From an uncultured beta proteobacterium (GTDB taxonomy: Bacteria > Pseudomonadota > Gammaproteobacteria > Burkholderiales > Burkholderiaceae_C): DNA of 64,000 bases. Position numbers and translations under genes: made by a program. The stretch's first letter is position 1. Each line of letters starts with the position of its first letter. The notes beneath the pieces were generated by a model. It saw only the letters and a program-made list of their open reading frames with translations, was not told where the DNA came from and made no database searches. The stretch is from NCBI GenBank assembly GCA_903876715.1, contig CAIRBF010000217.1, forward strand, positions 2,931 to 66,930. The letters run 5' to 3'. Positions 1 to 9,002 of this stretch are shown piece after piece.

Positions 1-302
1 ACGGCGCCGCCAAGGCGGGCATCATCGGGCTGGTCAAGGGCATGGCGCGCGAGAACGCGCCCCGCGTGCGCGTCAACGCCGTGGCGCCAGGCTTGACCAA
101 CACTGCTTTCCTGGTAGGCGGCACCGGGCGCGAGAAGCTCTTCGAAGGCATCCCGGAGGAGGTCTACGCCAAGCGCGTGCCGATGAAGCGCATGGCGCAG
201 CCGCAGGACATGACCGGCCCCATCATGTTCCTCCTCGGCCCGGCCTCGGGCTTCGTCAACGGCGAAACCTTGATCGTGGACGGGGGCGTTTACGTGCAGT
301 GA
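1..302 (+). CDS. Short-chain dehydrogenase/reductase (SDR), 3-prime part; start lies upstream of window
   Basis: Frame is open from the window edge. Translation reads GAAKAGIIGLVKGMARE...NAVAPG...LIVDGGVYVQ, the YxxxK region and C-terminal end typical of classical SDRs. Confidence 0.85.
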   Translation, partial: GAAKAGIIGLVKGMARENAPRVRVNAVAPGLTNTAFLVGGTGREKLFEGIPEEVYAKRVPMKRMAQPQDMTGPIMFLLGPASGFVNGETLIVDGGVYVQ

Positions 303-427
303 GCGCCGCCGCCCCCAGGGCGGCGAGTTCGTGCCGTGGCGCGGGCGCGTTCCAGGCGCTGGCGGGGCACCCGCCCCATCCCTTGCAAGCTGCGGTTTGC
401 CTGCCTAGTGATTACCCGCGGGCTGGG

Positions 428-456
428 TTGACAGGGTGGGGCCTTGGCATTAGCTT
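428..456 (+). promoter_or_regulatory. Candidate sigma70-type promoter upstream of P450-1
   Basis: TTGACA (428-433), 17-nt spacer, TAGCTT (451-456), about 80 nt upstream of the GTG start at 535. Sequence pattern only. Confidence 0.3.
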
Positions 457-534
457 AGAAGGCTGTGATTGCCCCGAGCCCGGCAAAGGGACGACAGGGA
501 GCGATCGGTTACGAAATCATCAGGGAGGCTTTCG

Positions 535-1737
535 GTGGCATCGTTGGTTGTCAGTGGGTATCAGGAAGCCAACGAGACCTTGCGCATGCCCGACCTGCGC
601 CAGGCGCTCTACGACGAGGGCGCCATCCTGATGGAGAAGGTGCTGGTGAACCTGCACGGGCAGGAGCACCGGTCTCGTCGCAACATCGAGACCCGGGTCT
701 TCCGGCGCGATTTCTTCCATTGGTACGAGCGCGAGGTGTTTCCCGTCACCTTGCGCGAGACGTTGGCTCCTTACCTGGAGCAAGGCGCCGCGGACCTGGT
801 GGACTTCGGCTTCCGCGCCATGATGAACCTCACCGCCGACTTCTCCGGTGTCGACCGGCCCTTGCGCACACCCGAGGAGACGGCTCGCCTGCTGACCATC
901 CTGCGCACCTTCGGCAAGGCGGCAACGTTGGGTCAGGCGCTGGGGGACAAGGAGGCGATCCGTGCCGAGATCCGCGCCGCGCTCGATGAGTTCGACATGG
1001 CCTTCTTCCGCCCCTCGATGTCACGTCGACGCCGCCTGCTCGACGAGCATGCCGCAGGGCGATGCAGCGAAGCCGAACTGCCGCGCGACGTGCTCACCGA
1101 GCTGATGCGGCACGAGGCCGAGCACCCGCTGTCGCACGACGTACTGATGAAGGAGATCGGCTTCTTCTTGCTCGCCGGTGCGTTCACGTCCATCCACACC
1201 CTGACGCACGCCATGCACGAGATCTTCGTCTGGCGTGAGCAGCATCCGCAGGACGCCGCGCGCTACGAGGAAGACATGCTCTTCCTGCAGCGCAGCATCC
1301 ACGAGAGCATGCGCTTGCATCCGTCGAGCCCGACGGCAGGCCGCCGTCCGGTGTGTCCCGTGCACCTGCCCGGAGGCGGGGCAGCCGAGCCCGAGGATGT
1401 CGTGTCCGTAGATTTGATGTCGGCCAATCGGGACACCGGCGTCTTCGGTCCTGACGCCGCGCAGTACAACCCCCACCGGCCGGCGCCGGAGGGGGCCAGC
1501 CCCTATGGCCTGTCTTTCGGCATGGGCATGCACGCGTGCATCGGCTTGAATCTGGCGGCAGGTATGCTGCCCAGGCGGGATACGGATGCGGCGCGGCATC
1601 AGTGGGGCACCGTGACGCTCATCGCAAGAGACCTGCTGCGCTGCGGGGCCCGTCCCGATCCACAGCGCCCAGGTGTGGTCGATCGCTCGACGGTGCGCAA
1701 CAACTGGGCGTCCTATCCCTTGCTGCTCGGCCGGTGA
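535..1737 (+). CDS. Cytochrome P450 (copy 1, about 400 aa)
   Basis: Heme-thiolate loop FGMGMHACIG and EXXR motif (ESMR). GTG at 535 lies 6 nt after AGGGAGG and aligns with the N-terminus of the paralog at 7121-8329. The track ATG at 469 adds 22 unaligned residues. Confidence 0.88.
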   Translation: MASLVVSGYQEANETLRMPDLRQALYDEGAILMEKVLVNLHGQEHRSRRNIETRVFRRDFFHWYEREVFPVTLRETLAPYLEQGAADLVDFGFRAMMNLTADFSGVDRPLRTPEETARLLTILRTFGKAATLGQALGDKEAIRAEIRAALDEFDMAFFRPSMSRRRRLLDEHAAGRCSEAELPRDVLTELMRHEAEHPLSHDVLMKEIGFFLLAGAFTSIHTLTHAMHEIFVWREQHPQDAARYEEDMLFLQRSIHESMRLHPSSPTAGRRPVCPVHLPGGGAAEPEDVVSVDLMSANRDTGVFGPDAAQYNPHRPAPEGASPYGLSFGMGMHACIGLNLAAGMLPRRDTDAARHQWGTVTLIARDLLRCGARPDPQRPGVVDRSTVRNNWASYPLLLGR

Positions 1738-1782
1738 ACACCCGCCGATGCAGCGTTCACAGTTCACATTGGAGAAGTCTAG

Positions 1783-2538
1783 ATGGCTGAATGGGCCCTG
1801 GTCACCGGCGGCGGTGGCGGCATCGGCGAGGCCGTGTGCGAGTGCGCGGCCAGGCGTGGCTACCGCGTGGCGGTGGTCGACCAGAGCATGGAGGCGGCCC
1901 AGCGCGTGGCCAGCCGTTTCGACGGCGCGCGTGCGGAATGCGTCGATGTGACCGACGAAGCCCAGGTCGAGTCGCTGCTCGACCGCTTGGGTGAGGCGCC
2001 TGCGCTGGTGGTGAACAACGCGGGCATCGGGCGGTTTGGTCCCCTGATGGACATGCCACTGGACCAGTTCGAACTCGTTCTGCGCGTGAACTTGCTGTCC
2101 TGTTTCATCGTCGCCCGTGCTTGCGCGCGGCGCATGAGCGCACGCGGCCTGGGGAACATCGTCAACATCACCTCGATCAATTCCATCAACCCAGGGCCCA
2201 ACGCCGGCGCCTACCCGGCGGCCAAGGCCGGCCTGGCGCGCCTGACCGAGCAGATGGCGCTGGAGTGGGGGCCGCTCGGACTGCGTGTCAATGCGGTCGC
2301 GCCCGGCTTCATCGATGCCGGCATCTCGGCGCCGTTCTTCGCCAATCCCGCGGTGCGCGACTTGCGCAGCCGTGCCGTGCCGCTGCGCCGGCTGGGCACC
2401 GCAGCCGACGTGGCAGAAGCGGTGATGTTCCTGGCCAGCGACGAGGCGTCCTACGTGAACGGACACGAGCTCGTCGTGGACGGCGGTGTGGTCTCCAGCC
2501 TGCTGCTGCAGCTGCCGCGCGAGCCGGCACGGACTTGA
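1783..2538 (+). CDS. Short-chain dehydrogenase/reductase
   Basis: N-terminal TGGGGGIG dinucleotide motif, NNAG, YPAAKAG catalytic motif, C-terminal VVDGG. GGAGAA RBS upstream. Confidence 0.9.
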   Translation: MAEWALVTGGGGGIGEAVCECAARRGYRVAVVDQSMEAAQRVASRFDGARAECVDVTDEAQVESLLDRLGEAPALVVNNAGIGRFGPLMDMPLDQFELVLRVNLLSCFIVARACARRMSARGLGNIVNITSINSINPGPNAGAYPAAKAGLARLTEQMALEWGPLGLRVNAVAPGFIDAGISAPFFANPAVRDLRSRAVPLRRLGTAADVAEAVMFLASDEASYVNGHELVVDGGVVSSLLLQLPREPART

Positions 2539-2546
2539 AGTCGCCG

Positions 2547-3281
2547 ATGAATCCCATGCCGCCCGCCCGCGTCGTCCATCTCTTGGGTGGCTTGCACCAT
2601 CCAGCCGAAGCCACTCAGGCGTTCTGGTCGGCGTTGTGGACGCGACTGGGTATCGAGGCCCACACCAGCGAGGACATCGACGCGGGTTGCAGCGTGCTCG
2701 CCAGTCGGCGGCACGACCTGCTCGTCGTCAGCGCCCTGCGCTGGCCGATGGACAACCATGAGCGATACGCCCCGCATCGAGAGCGTTGGGCATACCGCAT
2801 CAGCCCCGCCGCTCGGCAGGCGATCGAGGACCATGTTGCGTCGGGCGGTGCCTTGCTGGGGGTGCATGCCGCCTCGATCTCCTTCGGCGACTGGCCGGGC
2901 TGGGGGGACATGCTCGGTGGCCGGTGGGTTTGGGGCCGTTCTGCCCACCCCCCGCTGGGTCCGGTTCAGGCGCGCATCGACCGCAAGGACCACCCCCTGA
3001 TGGCCGGCGTGGACGACTTCGAGCTGGTCGACGAGGTATACGGGGATCTCGACATGGGGGCAGATGTGGAGGTGCTCGCGCACGCCTGCGCCTCGGATGG
3101 CCGCTGGATGCCAGCCTGGTGGCTACGCCGGCACGGACCGGCCACGGTGTGCTACGGGGCACTGGGACACGACGAGCGCAGCCTGCGCACGCCGGCTCAT
3201 GAGCGGGCGCTCGAGCAGGCAGTTGGCTGGCTCCTGGATTGCAGCCGCAGTGCGCGGCATGAAGAGACGAGGACGAATTGA
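2547..3281 (+). CDS. ThuA-like (trehalose-utilisation / class I glutamine-amidotransferase-like fold) domain protein
   Basis: Only the 244-aa C-terminal part of track ORF 2121-3281 is credible; upstream it overlaps the SDR in another frame. Pattern LLVVSALRW...GGALLGVHAA...HPLMAGVDDFELVDEVY resembles ThuA-family proteins. ATG at 2547 is 8 nt after the SDR stop. Confidence 0.6.
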   Translation: MNPMPPARVVHLLGGLHHPAEATQAFWSALWTRLGIEAHTSEDIDAGCSVLASRRHDLLVVSALRWPMDNHERYAPHRERWAYRISPAARQAIEDHVASGGALLGVHAASISFGDWPGWGDMLGGRWVWGRSAHPPLGPVQARIDRKDHPLMAGVDDFELVDEVYGDLDMGADVEVLAHACASDGRWMPAWWLRRHGPATVCYGALGHDERSLRTPAHERALEQAVGWLLDCSRSARHEETRTN

Positions 3282-4042
3282 TGAGACCCATCGAAGGGAT
3301 GTCGTTGTTGATCACGGGCGGAGGCACGGGCATCGGCGCGGGCACCGCGCGCTATTTCGTCGAGCGGGGTGCGCGCGTCACGATCTGCGGTCGGCGGCAG
3401 GACCGGCTGGACGAGGTGGCCGGTCAGCTGGGGCCGGCCTGCCTGGCAGTGCAGGCGGACATCGCTCGCGACGAGGACCGCCGTCGTGTGGTTGATGCTG
3501 CCGTGGCGCACGGGGGCGGTCTCGACGCGCTCATCAACGGCGCGGCGAACATGCTGCGTGGTCCGATCACAGGCTTGTCGGAGGCCGAACTGCTTGACGT
3601 CTTCCATGTCAACGTCGTCGCCGCCATGCAGCTCACCGGGCTGGCAGTACCGCACCTGAGCGCGCGTCGAGGGGCTGTCGTGTATTTCGGCTCGGTCCAT
3701 ACGCGGCGGGCTTACCCGGGCGCGTCCCCCTATGCCGCCACCAAGGGGGCCCTCGAGGCGATCACCAAGGTGGTCGCCGCCGAGCTCGGGCCGCAGCAGA
3801 TCCGTGTGAACTGTGTCGTGCCCGGCGCTGTGCCGACCGACCTGAACATCCGAGCCGGCCTGTTCACGCAGGACGAGCACGACCGCCGCATGCAGGCGAT
3901 CGCGCCTTACCACGTGCTCGAGCGGGTCGGCACCCCCGAAGAAGTCGCCGAGTCGGTGGACTACTGCATTCGCGCCGAGTGGTTCACGGGCCAGGCGATC
4001 GTCATCGACGGCGGACTGTCCCTCGGCAAGTCGCCGTTCTGA
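3281..4042 (+). CDS. Short-chain dehydrogenase/reductase
   Basis: TGGGTGIG motif, YAATKGA catalytic motif, C-terminal VIDGG. ATG at 3281 shares one base with the preceding TGA. TTG at 3278 is an alternative start. Confidence 0.88.
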   Translation: MRPIEGMSLLITGGGTGIGAGTARYFVERGARVTICGRRQDRLDEVAGQLGPACLAVQADIARDEDRRRVVDAAVAHGGGLDALINGAANMLRGPITGLSEAELLDVFHVNVVAAMQLTGLAVPHLSARRGAVVYFGSVHTRRAYPGASPYAATKGALEAITKVVAAELGPQQIRVNCVVPGAVPTDLNIRAGLFTQDEHDRRMQAIAPYHVLERVGTPEEVAESVDYCIRAEWFTGQAIVIDGGLSLGKSPF

Positions 4043-4112
4043 AGCAAGGCTTTCGTTACATGCACAAGACAATCAGCAACGCAGCGCCTGCGGCAGGCAT
4101 CGAGGCCCTCCC

Positions 4113-4643
4113 ATGACCCAAGGGACTCCACAACCGCCCACCGCCATGGGCGCATCCCCGATCTCGGGCAAGGGCACGCGGCTGCTCGAATACGTCTGCG
4201 CCTTCCTGCTCGCGGCGATGGTCGTGTTCCTGTTCATTCAGGTCCTTGGCCGCTACGCGCTGCAAAATCCACCGGAATGGACGGAGGAATTGGGGCGAAC
4301 CGCCTTCGTTTACGCCACGTTCATCGGCGCTGCTCTCGCCGTGGCCAAGAACGCCCACTTGCGGATCGACGCGGCGGTCAAGCTGCTGCCGGCTGCGGCA
4401 CAGGCTTGGATGCAGGTCCTCATCCACATCCTTTCCATCACCTTCCTGATCTTCGTCGTCTACCAGAGCGCGATCCTGCTGCCCAGCCTCGCGTTCCAGC
4501 CGCTGACGGCCTTGCCCTTCCTGTCGAAGGCCTGGTTCTTTGCGGCGGTTCCGATCGGCTGCAGCCTGATGCTGTTGTACGAATTGCTGCACCTGTGGCG
4601 CTACCTGCGTTCGATGCGGCAGGGCCGCGCCGGTCAGGCTTGA
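4113..4643 (+). CDS. TRAP transporter small permease (DctQ family)
   Basis: About 170 aa and four predicted hydrophobic helices. Sits directly upstream of the DctM-type large permease. Motif GRYALQNPPEWTEEL is typical of DctQ proteins. The start could instead be the internal ATG at 4146. Confidence 0.8.
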   Translation: MTQGTPQPPTAMGASPISGKGTRLLEYVCAFLLAAMVVFLFIQVLGRYALQNPPEWTEELGRTAFVYATFIGAALAVAKNAHLRIDAAVKLLPAAAQAWMQVLIHILSITFLIFVVYQSAILLPSLAFQPLTALPFLSKAWFFAAVPIGCSLMLLYELLHLWRYLRSMRQGRAGQA

Positions 4644-4655
4644 GGAGTTGACGAC

Positions 4656-5945
4656 ATGTTGGGACTCTTGTTCATCGCATTCGTCATCCTGCTGGTCATC
4701 GGGCTGGACCTTTTCACCGCCATGGGGGGGGCCAGCCTGATCTACCTGCTGGCCACGCGCACCGGGGACATGCCGCTGCCCCTGACGCTCATCCCTCAGC
4801 AGTTGGTCGGCGGTGTCGACTCTTTTCCGCTGCTCGCGGTGCCGATGTTCCTGCTCGCCGGCGAGTTGATGACCCGGGGAGGGGTGACCACCCGCCTTGT
4901 CAATTTCGCGGGCGTGCTCGTCGGCCACATCCGTGGTGGTCTGGCCCAGGTGTCCATCGTCACGAACGTGATCATGGCCGGTATGAGCGGCAGTGCCGTG
5001 GCTGACGCGGCCTCCACCGGGTCGGTGCTGATCCCCGGCATGGTCAAGCGGGGCTACAAGCCCGAGTACGCGGCGGCGGTCATCGCGGCGGCTGCTTGCA
5101 TCGGCCCGATCATCCCGCCGAGCCTGATGTTCGTCGTGCTCGGGTCGATGGTGAGTGTCTCCGTCGGCCAGTTGTTCGCCGCCGGCATCATCCCCGGGCT
5201 GTTGATGGGCGTGGCGATGATGATCGTGGTGTACCGGCAGGCTCGCAAGCTCAACTTGCCGCTCGAGCCGCGGACGACCGTGCCTGCCTTCCTGAAGGCC
5301 AGCCGTGAGGCCACCTTGGCCCTGGGCATGCCGGTGATCGTTCTCGGTGCCATCCTCAGCGGCTTCGCCACGCCGACCGAGGCCTCGGTCATCGCGGTGG
5401 TCTACGCCTTCGTGCTCGGGGTCTTCATCTACCGCGAGATCCGTTGGGCGGACCTGGTCGACATCTTCGCAACCGTGGCGATGACCTCGGCCGCCGTGAT
5501 GGTGACAGTGGCCGCGGCGCAGCTGTTCGGATGGATCACGACCGCCGAAGGCCTGGGCAAGATCCTGGGTGGCGCGCTCACCCAGTTCACGCGGGAGCCG
5601 TGGGTCTTTCTGCTCATCGTCAACATCGTGCTGCTTATCCTGGGCACGGTGATGGAGCCGATCCCGATCATGATCCTGACCGTCCCCATCCTGTACCCGG
5701 TGGCGGCTCAGTTGGGTATCGACCCGGTGCACTTCGGTGTCGTGGTGGTCCTGAACCTCATGATCGGTTCCCTGACGCCACCGGTGGGGGTCAACATCTT
5801 TGTCACGGCGGCGATGGCCAGGGTTCCTGTGCTGCGAGTGGCCAGGGAGAGCATGGGGTTCATCTGGATTCTGATCCTCGTGCTGCTGTTGATCACCTAC
5901 ATCCCCAAGATCGTGCTGTGGATCCCGCAGATGCTTTTCCGTTGA
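4656..5945 (+). CDS. TRAP transporter large permease (DctM family)
   Basis: 429-aa polytopic membrane protein with DctM-like sequence throughout. GAGGAG RBS. Confidence 0.92.
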   Translation: MLGLLFIAFVILLVIGLDLFTAMGGASLIYLLATRTGDMPLPLTLIPQQLVGGVDSFPLLAVPMFLLAGELMTRGGVTTRLVNFAGVLVGHIRGGLAQVSIVTNVIMAGMSGSAVADAASTGSVLIPGMVKRGYKPEYAAAVIAAAACIGPIIPPSLMFVVLGSMVSVSVGQLFAAGIIPGLLMGVAMMIVVYRQARKLNLPLEPRTTVPAFLKASREATLALGMPVIVLGAILSGFATPTEASVIAVVYAFVLGVFIYREIRWADLVDIFATVAMTSAAVMVTVAAAQLFGWITTAEGLGKILGGALTQFTREPWVFLLIVNIVLLILGTVMEPIPIMILTVPILYPVAAQLGIDPVHFGVVVVLNLMIGSLTPPVGVNIFVTAAMARVPVLRVARESMGFIWILILVLLLITYIPKIVLWIPQMLFR

Positions 5946-6052
5946 CCGCCGCAGCGCGATGAGTTCCCCGGCCGGCGCCCGAGCCTGGGTGCCGGCCTCA
6001 CGCCGCCCAGCGGCTGCTTTCGTCGAAGTCCCTCAACCACCCCGGAGACACC

Positions 6053-7063
6053 ATGTCGCACTCCATCTCCTCCATTCTCAGAAGAGGCGTCCTGCAGACG
6101 CTCGGTCGCTGGGCCTTGCCGGCCCTTGCCGTTGCGGCGATGACACCTGCCGTGGCCCAGCAGCAGCAAGACGTGAAGTTCCGCTTCGCCACCGTCCAGC
6201 AGCCGGGCATCTACCTCGACGGCATCACCAAGTTCGCCAAGCTCGTCGGCGAGCGCACGGGCGGCAAGGTCCAGATCGAAGTCTTCTGCTGCAGCCAGCT
6301 CGGCGGTGAACGCCAGATCATGGACGGCGTCAAGCTGGGCACGGTCGGCATGGGGTCCATCGGCGCCACCGGTTCGGCCATTTACGACCTGCTGTTCATG
6401 CCCTTCATCTTCCGCGACCTCGATCATGCCCAGAAGGTGGTCAACGGTCCGGTCGGCGCCAAGTGGCAGGACGACTTCTTCAAGCAGACGGGCGTGCGGC
6501 AGATCGGCTACCTGATCAACGGCTCGCGCGTGTTCCTGACCAATAAGCGCATGCTCAACAGCCCGGCGGACGCGCGCGGCATGAAGATCCGCGCCCCGGA
6601 GATCCCGACCATCGTCGCCTCGCTGCGTGCGCTGGGAGCCAGCCCGGTCGTCATCGCCGCCCCCGAGCTCTACACCGCGCTGCAGCAGGGCACGGCCGAC
6701 GGCTGGGAAGGTCCCCTGGCCTACATGGCCGACAACAAGCACTGGGAAGTGGCCAAGAACCTGGCCCTGGTCGAGTGGGTGTTCAACATCACCAACACGA
6801 TCATCAACAACGACATCTGGAATCGCATGACGCCGGCAACGCAGAAGATCATGCGTGACAGCTGGCGCGAGGTCGCGGCCGAGATCACTCAGAAAGAATG
6901 GGCCAAGCAGGCTGATCTGGCCGAGGTGTTCCGCAAGAACGGCGTGGCCGTGGCGCGTCCCCCGGTGGGCCCGTTCCAGGAAGCCACCAAGGACGTCTGG
7001 AAGCAGTTTGCCCCGAAGGTATGGGGCGAGGGCGTCTACGAGCAGATCCAGGCCACGAAGTGA
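6053..7063 (+). CDS. TRAP transporter periplasmic substrate-binding protein (DctP family)
   Basis: N-terminal signal peptide ending AVAQQ. DctP-like body (QPGIYLDGITKFA...SQLGGERQ...). Adjacent to the DctQM genes. Confidence 0.9.
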   Translation: MSHSISSILRRGVLQTLGRWALPALAVAAMTPAVAQQQQDVKFRFATVQQPGIYLDGITKFAKLVGERTGGKVQIEVFCCSQLGGERQIMDGVKLGTVGMGSIGATGSAIYDLLFMPFIFRDLDHAQKVVNGPVGAKWQDDFFKQTGVRQIGYLINGSRVFLTNKRMLNSPADARGMKIRAPEIPTIVASLRALGASPVVIAAPELYTALQQGTADGWEGPLAYMADNKHWEVAKNLALVEWVFNITNTIINNDIWNRMTPATQKIMRDSWREVAAEITQKEWAKQADLAEVFRKNGVAVARPPVGPFQEATKDVWKQFAPKVWGEGVYEQIQATK

Positions 7064-7103
7064 TGCAGAGTGCGGTTACCCGAGAGGGTGGCCGCCTCTT
7101 CAG

Positions 7104-7130
7104 CCGGGGCTGCGCGTGCGTCAGCCCCGG
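7104..7130. terminator. GC-rich hairpin between convergent dctP-like gene and P450-2
   Basis: CCGGGGCTG (7104-7112), 9-nt loop, CAGCCCCGG (7122-7130). It overlaps the P450-2 stop codon and has no clear U-tract. Confidence 0.35.
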
Positions 7131-8329
7131 TCCAGCAGAAATGGGTAGGTCAGCCAGTTGCGTCGGGTGTTCGACGTGTCCATTTCTGCGGGACGATCGG
7201 GGTCCGGTCGGGCGCCGTGATCGAGCAGGGCGCGGATGACCAGATACATGTTGCCGTACTCGGCCTCGGCGAGATCGCTGTCCCGCTTGATCGGCGTCCC
7301 TGCCACGAGGATGCGTCCCAGGCAGGCGTGCGTCCCCAGCCCGAAGGTGATGCCGTAGAGCCAGCCCTGGGGTGGGTCTGCCCGGTGTGGGTCGAAGCGC
7401 CCGGCTTCAGGGCCGAACATGGCGGGGTCCTGGTTGACCTTGAACATGTCGACCAGCAATTGATCGGCGTCCAGCGCCTCCTGCCGGCTCTTCACGTGCA
7501 CCGGACAGGTCAGGCGCCTGCTCAGTTCCGGCGTGGGGGGATGCAGTCGCAGGCTTTCCCAGATGCAGCGCTGCAGGAACCAGGGCTCATGCATCAACAG
7601 CGGCTCGTCCTGCGGCTGCTCCGCGCGCCAGGTGAACACATGGTGCAGCGCATGGGTCAGGGCGTGTGTGGTCGACAGGGCGCCCACGAACAGGAAGTAA
7701 GCCGTCTCCTTGAGCATCTTGTCGCGCGGCAGGTCGATCTTGTCCTCGTTGCGCATCAGGATGGTCAGCAGATCACGAGGCAACGCGGTTTCGGCGATCT
7801 CGCCGCGGTCCACCGCGTCCAGCAGCGCCCTTCGGCGCGCCTCCGAAGGGCTGAAGAACGCGGCGTCGAACTCTTCCAGCGTGTCGACGATCTCCTTGCG
7901 GATGGCGCCCTTGTCGCCCACGGTCAACTGTCCGAGCGTCGCGGCCTTGCTGAAGGAGCGGATCATGCGCAGCAGGGTCGCCGTCTCCTGCGGGGTACGC
8001 AACGGCCGGTCTATGCCCGAGGCGTCGGCCGTGAGGTTCATCAGCACGCGGTAGCCGAAGTCGGACAGGTCGCCGCCGCCCGCCTCGACGAAGGGGCGCA
8101 GCGTCTCCTGGATCGTCTGCGGAAAGATGTTGCGCTCGTAATTGCGGAAGTAGTCCCGGCGGAACAACTTCTGCGCCAGGTGGCGGCGCTGCGCGTGCTC
8201 TTCACCGAACAGGTTGACGAGGACGTCCTTCATCAGGATCGCGCCTTCCTCGTACAAGGCCTGCCTGAGCGACGGCTGACGCAGGATCTCGTCGGCCTCC
8301 TTGTACCTGGTCACGACTTCGACGGACAT
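7121..8329 (-). CDS. Cytochrome P450 (copy 2, 402 aa), paralog of 535-1737
   Basis: Heme-thiolate loop FGLGTHACLG and EXXR motif (ESLR). Collinear similarity to copy 1 over the whole length, including the unusual C-terminal RRNWLTYPFLL tail. Confidence 0.9.
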   Translation of the reverse strand: MSVEVVTRYKEADEILRQPSLRQALYEEGAILMKDVLVNLFGEEHAQRRHLAQKLFRRDYFRNYERNIFPQTIQETLRPFVEAGGGDLSDFGYRVLMNLTADASGIDRPLRTPQETATLLRMIRSFSKAATLGQLTVGDKGAIRKEIVDTLEEFDAAFFSPSEARRRALLDAVDRGEIAETALPRDLLTILMRNEDKIDLPRDKMLKETAYFLFVGALSTTHALTHALHHVFTWRAEQPQDEPLLMHEPWFLQRCIWESLRLHPPTPELSRRLTCPVHVKSRQEALDADQLLVDMFKVNQDPAMFGPEAGRFDPHRADPPQGWLYGITFGLGTHACLGRILVAGTPIKRDSDLAEAEYGNMYLVIRALLDHGARPDPDRPAEMDTSNTRRNWLTYPFLLDRG

Positions 8330-8410
8330 TCACCCCTCCGACATCGGGCCCCCGGGGGCCGTTCACATTGAACCGCAGCCGGTGTCCGGCTTGACGATTC
8401 GATCCTAAGG

Positions 8411-8443
8411 CCAAAACATCTCGCCACGCCTGCGGTCGCGTGG
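8411..8443 (-). terminator. Hairpin plus U-tract after VOC-1, upstream of P450-2
   Basis: On the minus strand: CCACGC, 8-nt loop, GCGTGG, then GAGATGTTTTGG. Lies 8 nt after the VOC-1 stop. Confidence 0.4.
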
Positions 8444-8450
8444 ATGGCAT

Positions 8451-8981
8451 TCATCGGCCGGCATCGACCTCGATCACGAGTTGCCTGCCGTCCCAGCGCG
8501 CTGCGGCCATCGCCACCTCCTGGTACACCGCCGCCAGTCCTTCGGTCGGCAGGTAGACCTCGGTCATGTGGCCGACCAGATTGCGCGTGTCGACGTACGC
8601 GGCGCCCCGGCCGGACGACGTGCGCAGCTCCATGGCCACAGCGCATCCCTGCGCTTCATAGTGAGCCAGCAGGGCCTGGTAGTCCGTGGGCACGACCGCG
8701 ACGTGGTGAAAGCCTTGCTGGCCCGGCCCGAACATGTCCCGGAAGGCCGAGGGCTCGGCGTCGTGCTGCTGGACGAGTTCGACCATGACGGGTCCGGCCT
8801 GCACATAGGCCGCCGAGAAGTCCAGGCGCGCCGCGCGACCCCGGTAGCGGACCTCGGCAAGCTGAAGGTGCCTGCGCACGAAGAACGGGCCGATGCCGCA
8901 GACGGCGTGCCAACGGGCGATGGCTGCGTCCAGGTCGTCGACGACATAGGCGTTCTGGATGATGTGCTGCTCTGGGCTCAT
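8451..8981 (-). CDS. VOC-family protein (glyoxalase / bleomycin-resistance / extradiol-dioxygenase fold), copy 1
   Basis: 176 aa. IQNAYVVDDLDAAIARW...FHHVAVV pattern typical of VOC domains. GAGGAA RBS. Paralog at 10698-11288. Confidence 0.8.
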   Translation of the reverse strand: MSPEQHIIQNAYVVDDLDAAIARWHAVCGIGPFFVRRHLQLAEVRYRGRAARLDFSAAYVQAGPVMVELVQQHDAEPSAFRDMFGPGQQGFHHVAVVPTDYQALLAHYEAQGCAVAMELRTSSGRGAAYVDTRNLVGHMTEVYLPTEGLAAVYQEVAMAAARWDGRQLVIEVDAGR

Positions 8982-9002
8982 GGGGGAGTTCCTCGGGTGG
9001 CG

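Noticed and set aside
445-460. TGGCAT...TAGCTT read as a possible sigma54 -24/-12 element upstream of P450-1.
   Set aside because: The -12 position lacks the conserved GC (TTGC) element. No enhancer-binding-protein gene is nearby. The sigma70-like reading fits better, though it is itself weak.
1021-2466. 481-aa minus-strand ORF. The same applies to similar long ORFs at 4056-5732 (-), 12967-14742 (-), 18956-20785 (+), 20782-23085 (+), 24366-26222 (+), 33315-34676 (-), 36995-38176 (+), 37659-39383 (+), 45859-47577 (-), 49249-51087 (-), 51633-52898 (-), 56749-58092 (-) and 61221-62555 (+).
   Set aside because: All lie antisense to or out of frame with genes that carry clear family motifs. Their translations are Arg/Gly/Pro/His-rich low-complexity strings typical of open non-coding frames in very GC-rich DNA. 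None has a recognisable domain.
8349-8362. Palindrome GGCCCCCGGGGGCC just upstream of the P450-2 ribosome-binding site as a regulatory hairpin or riboswitch.
   Set aside because: It is too short and isolated to support a structured RNA element. Such GC palindromes arise easily at this base composition.
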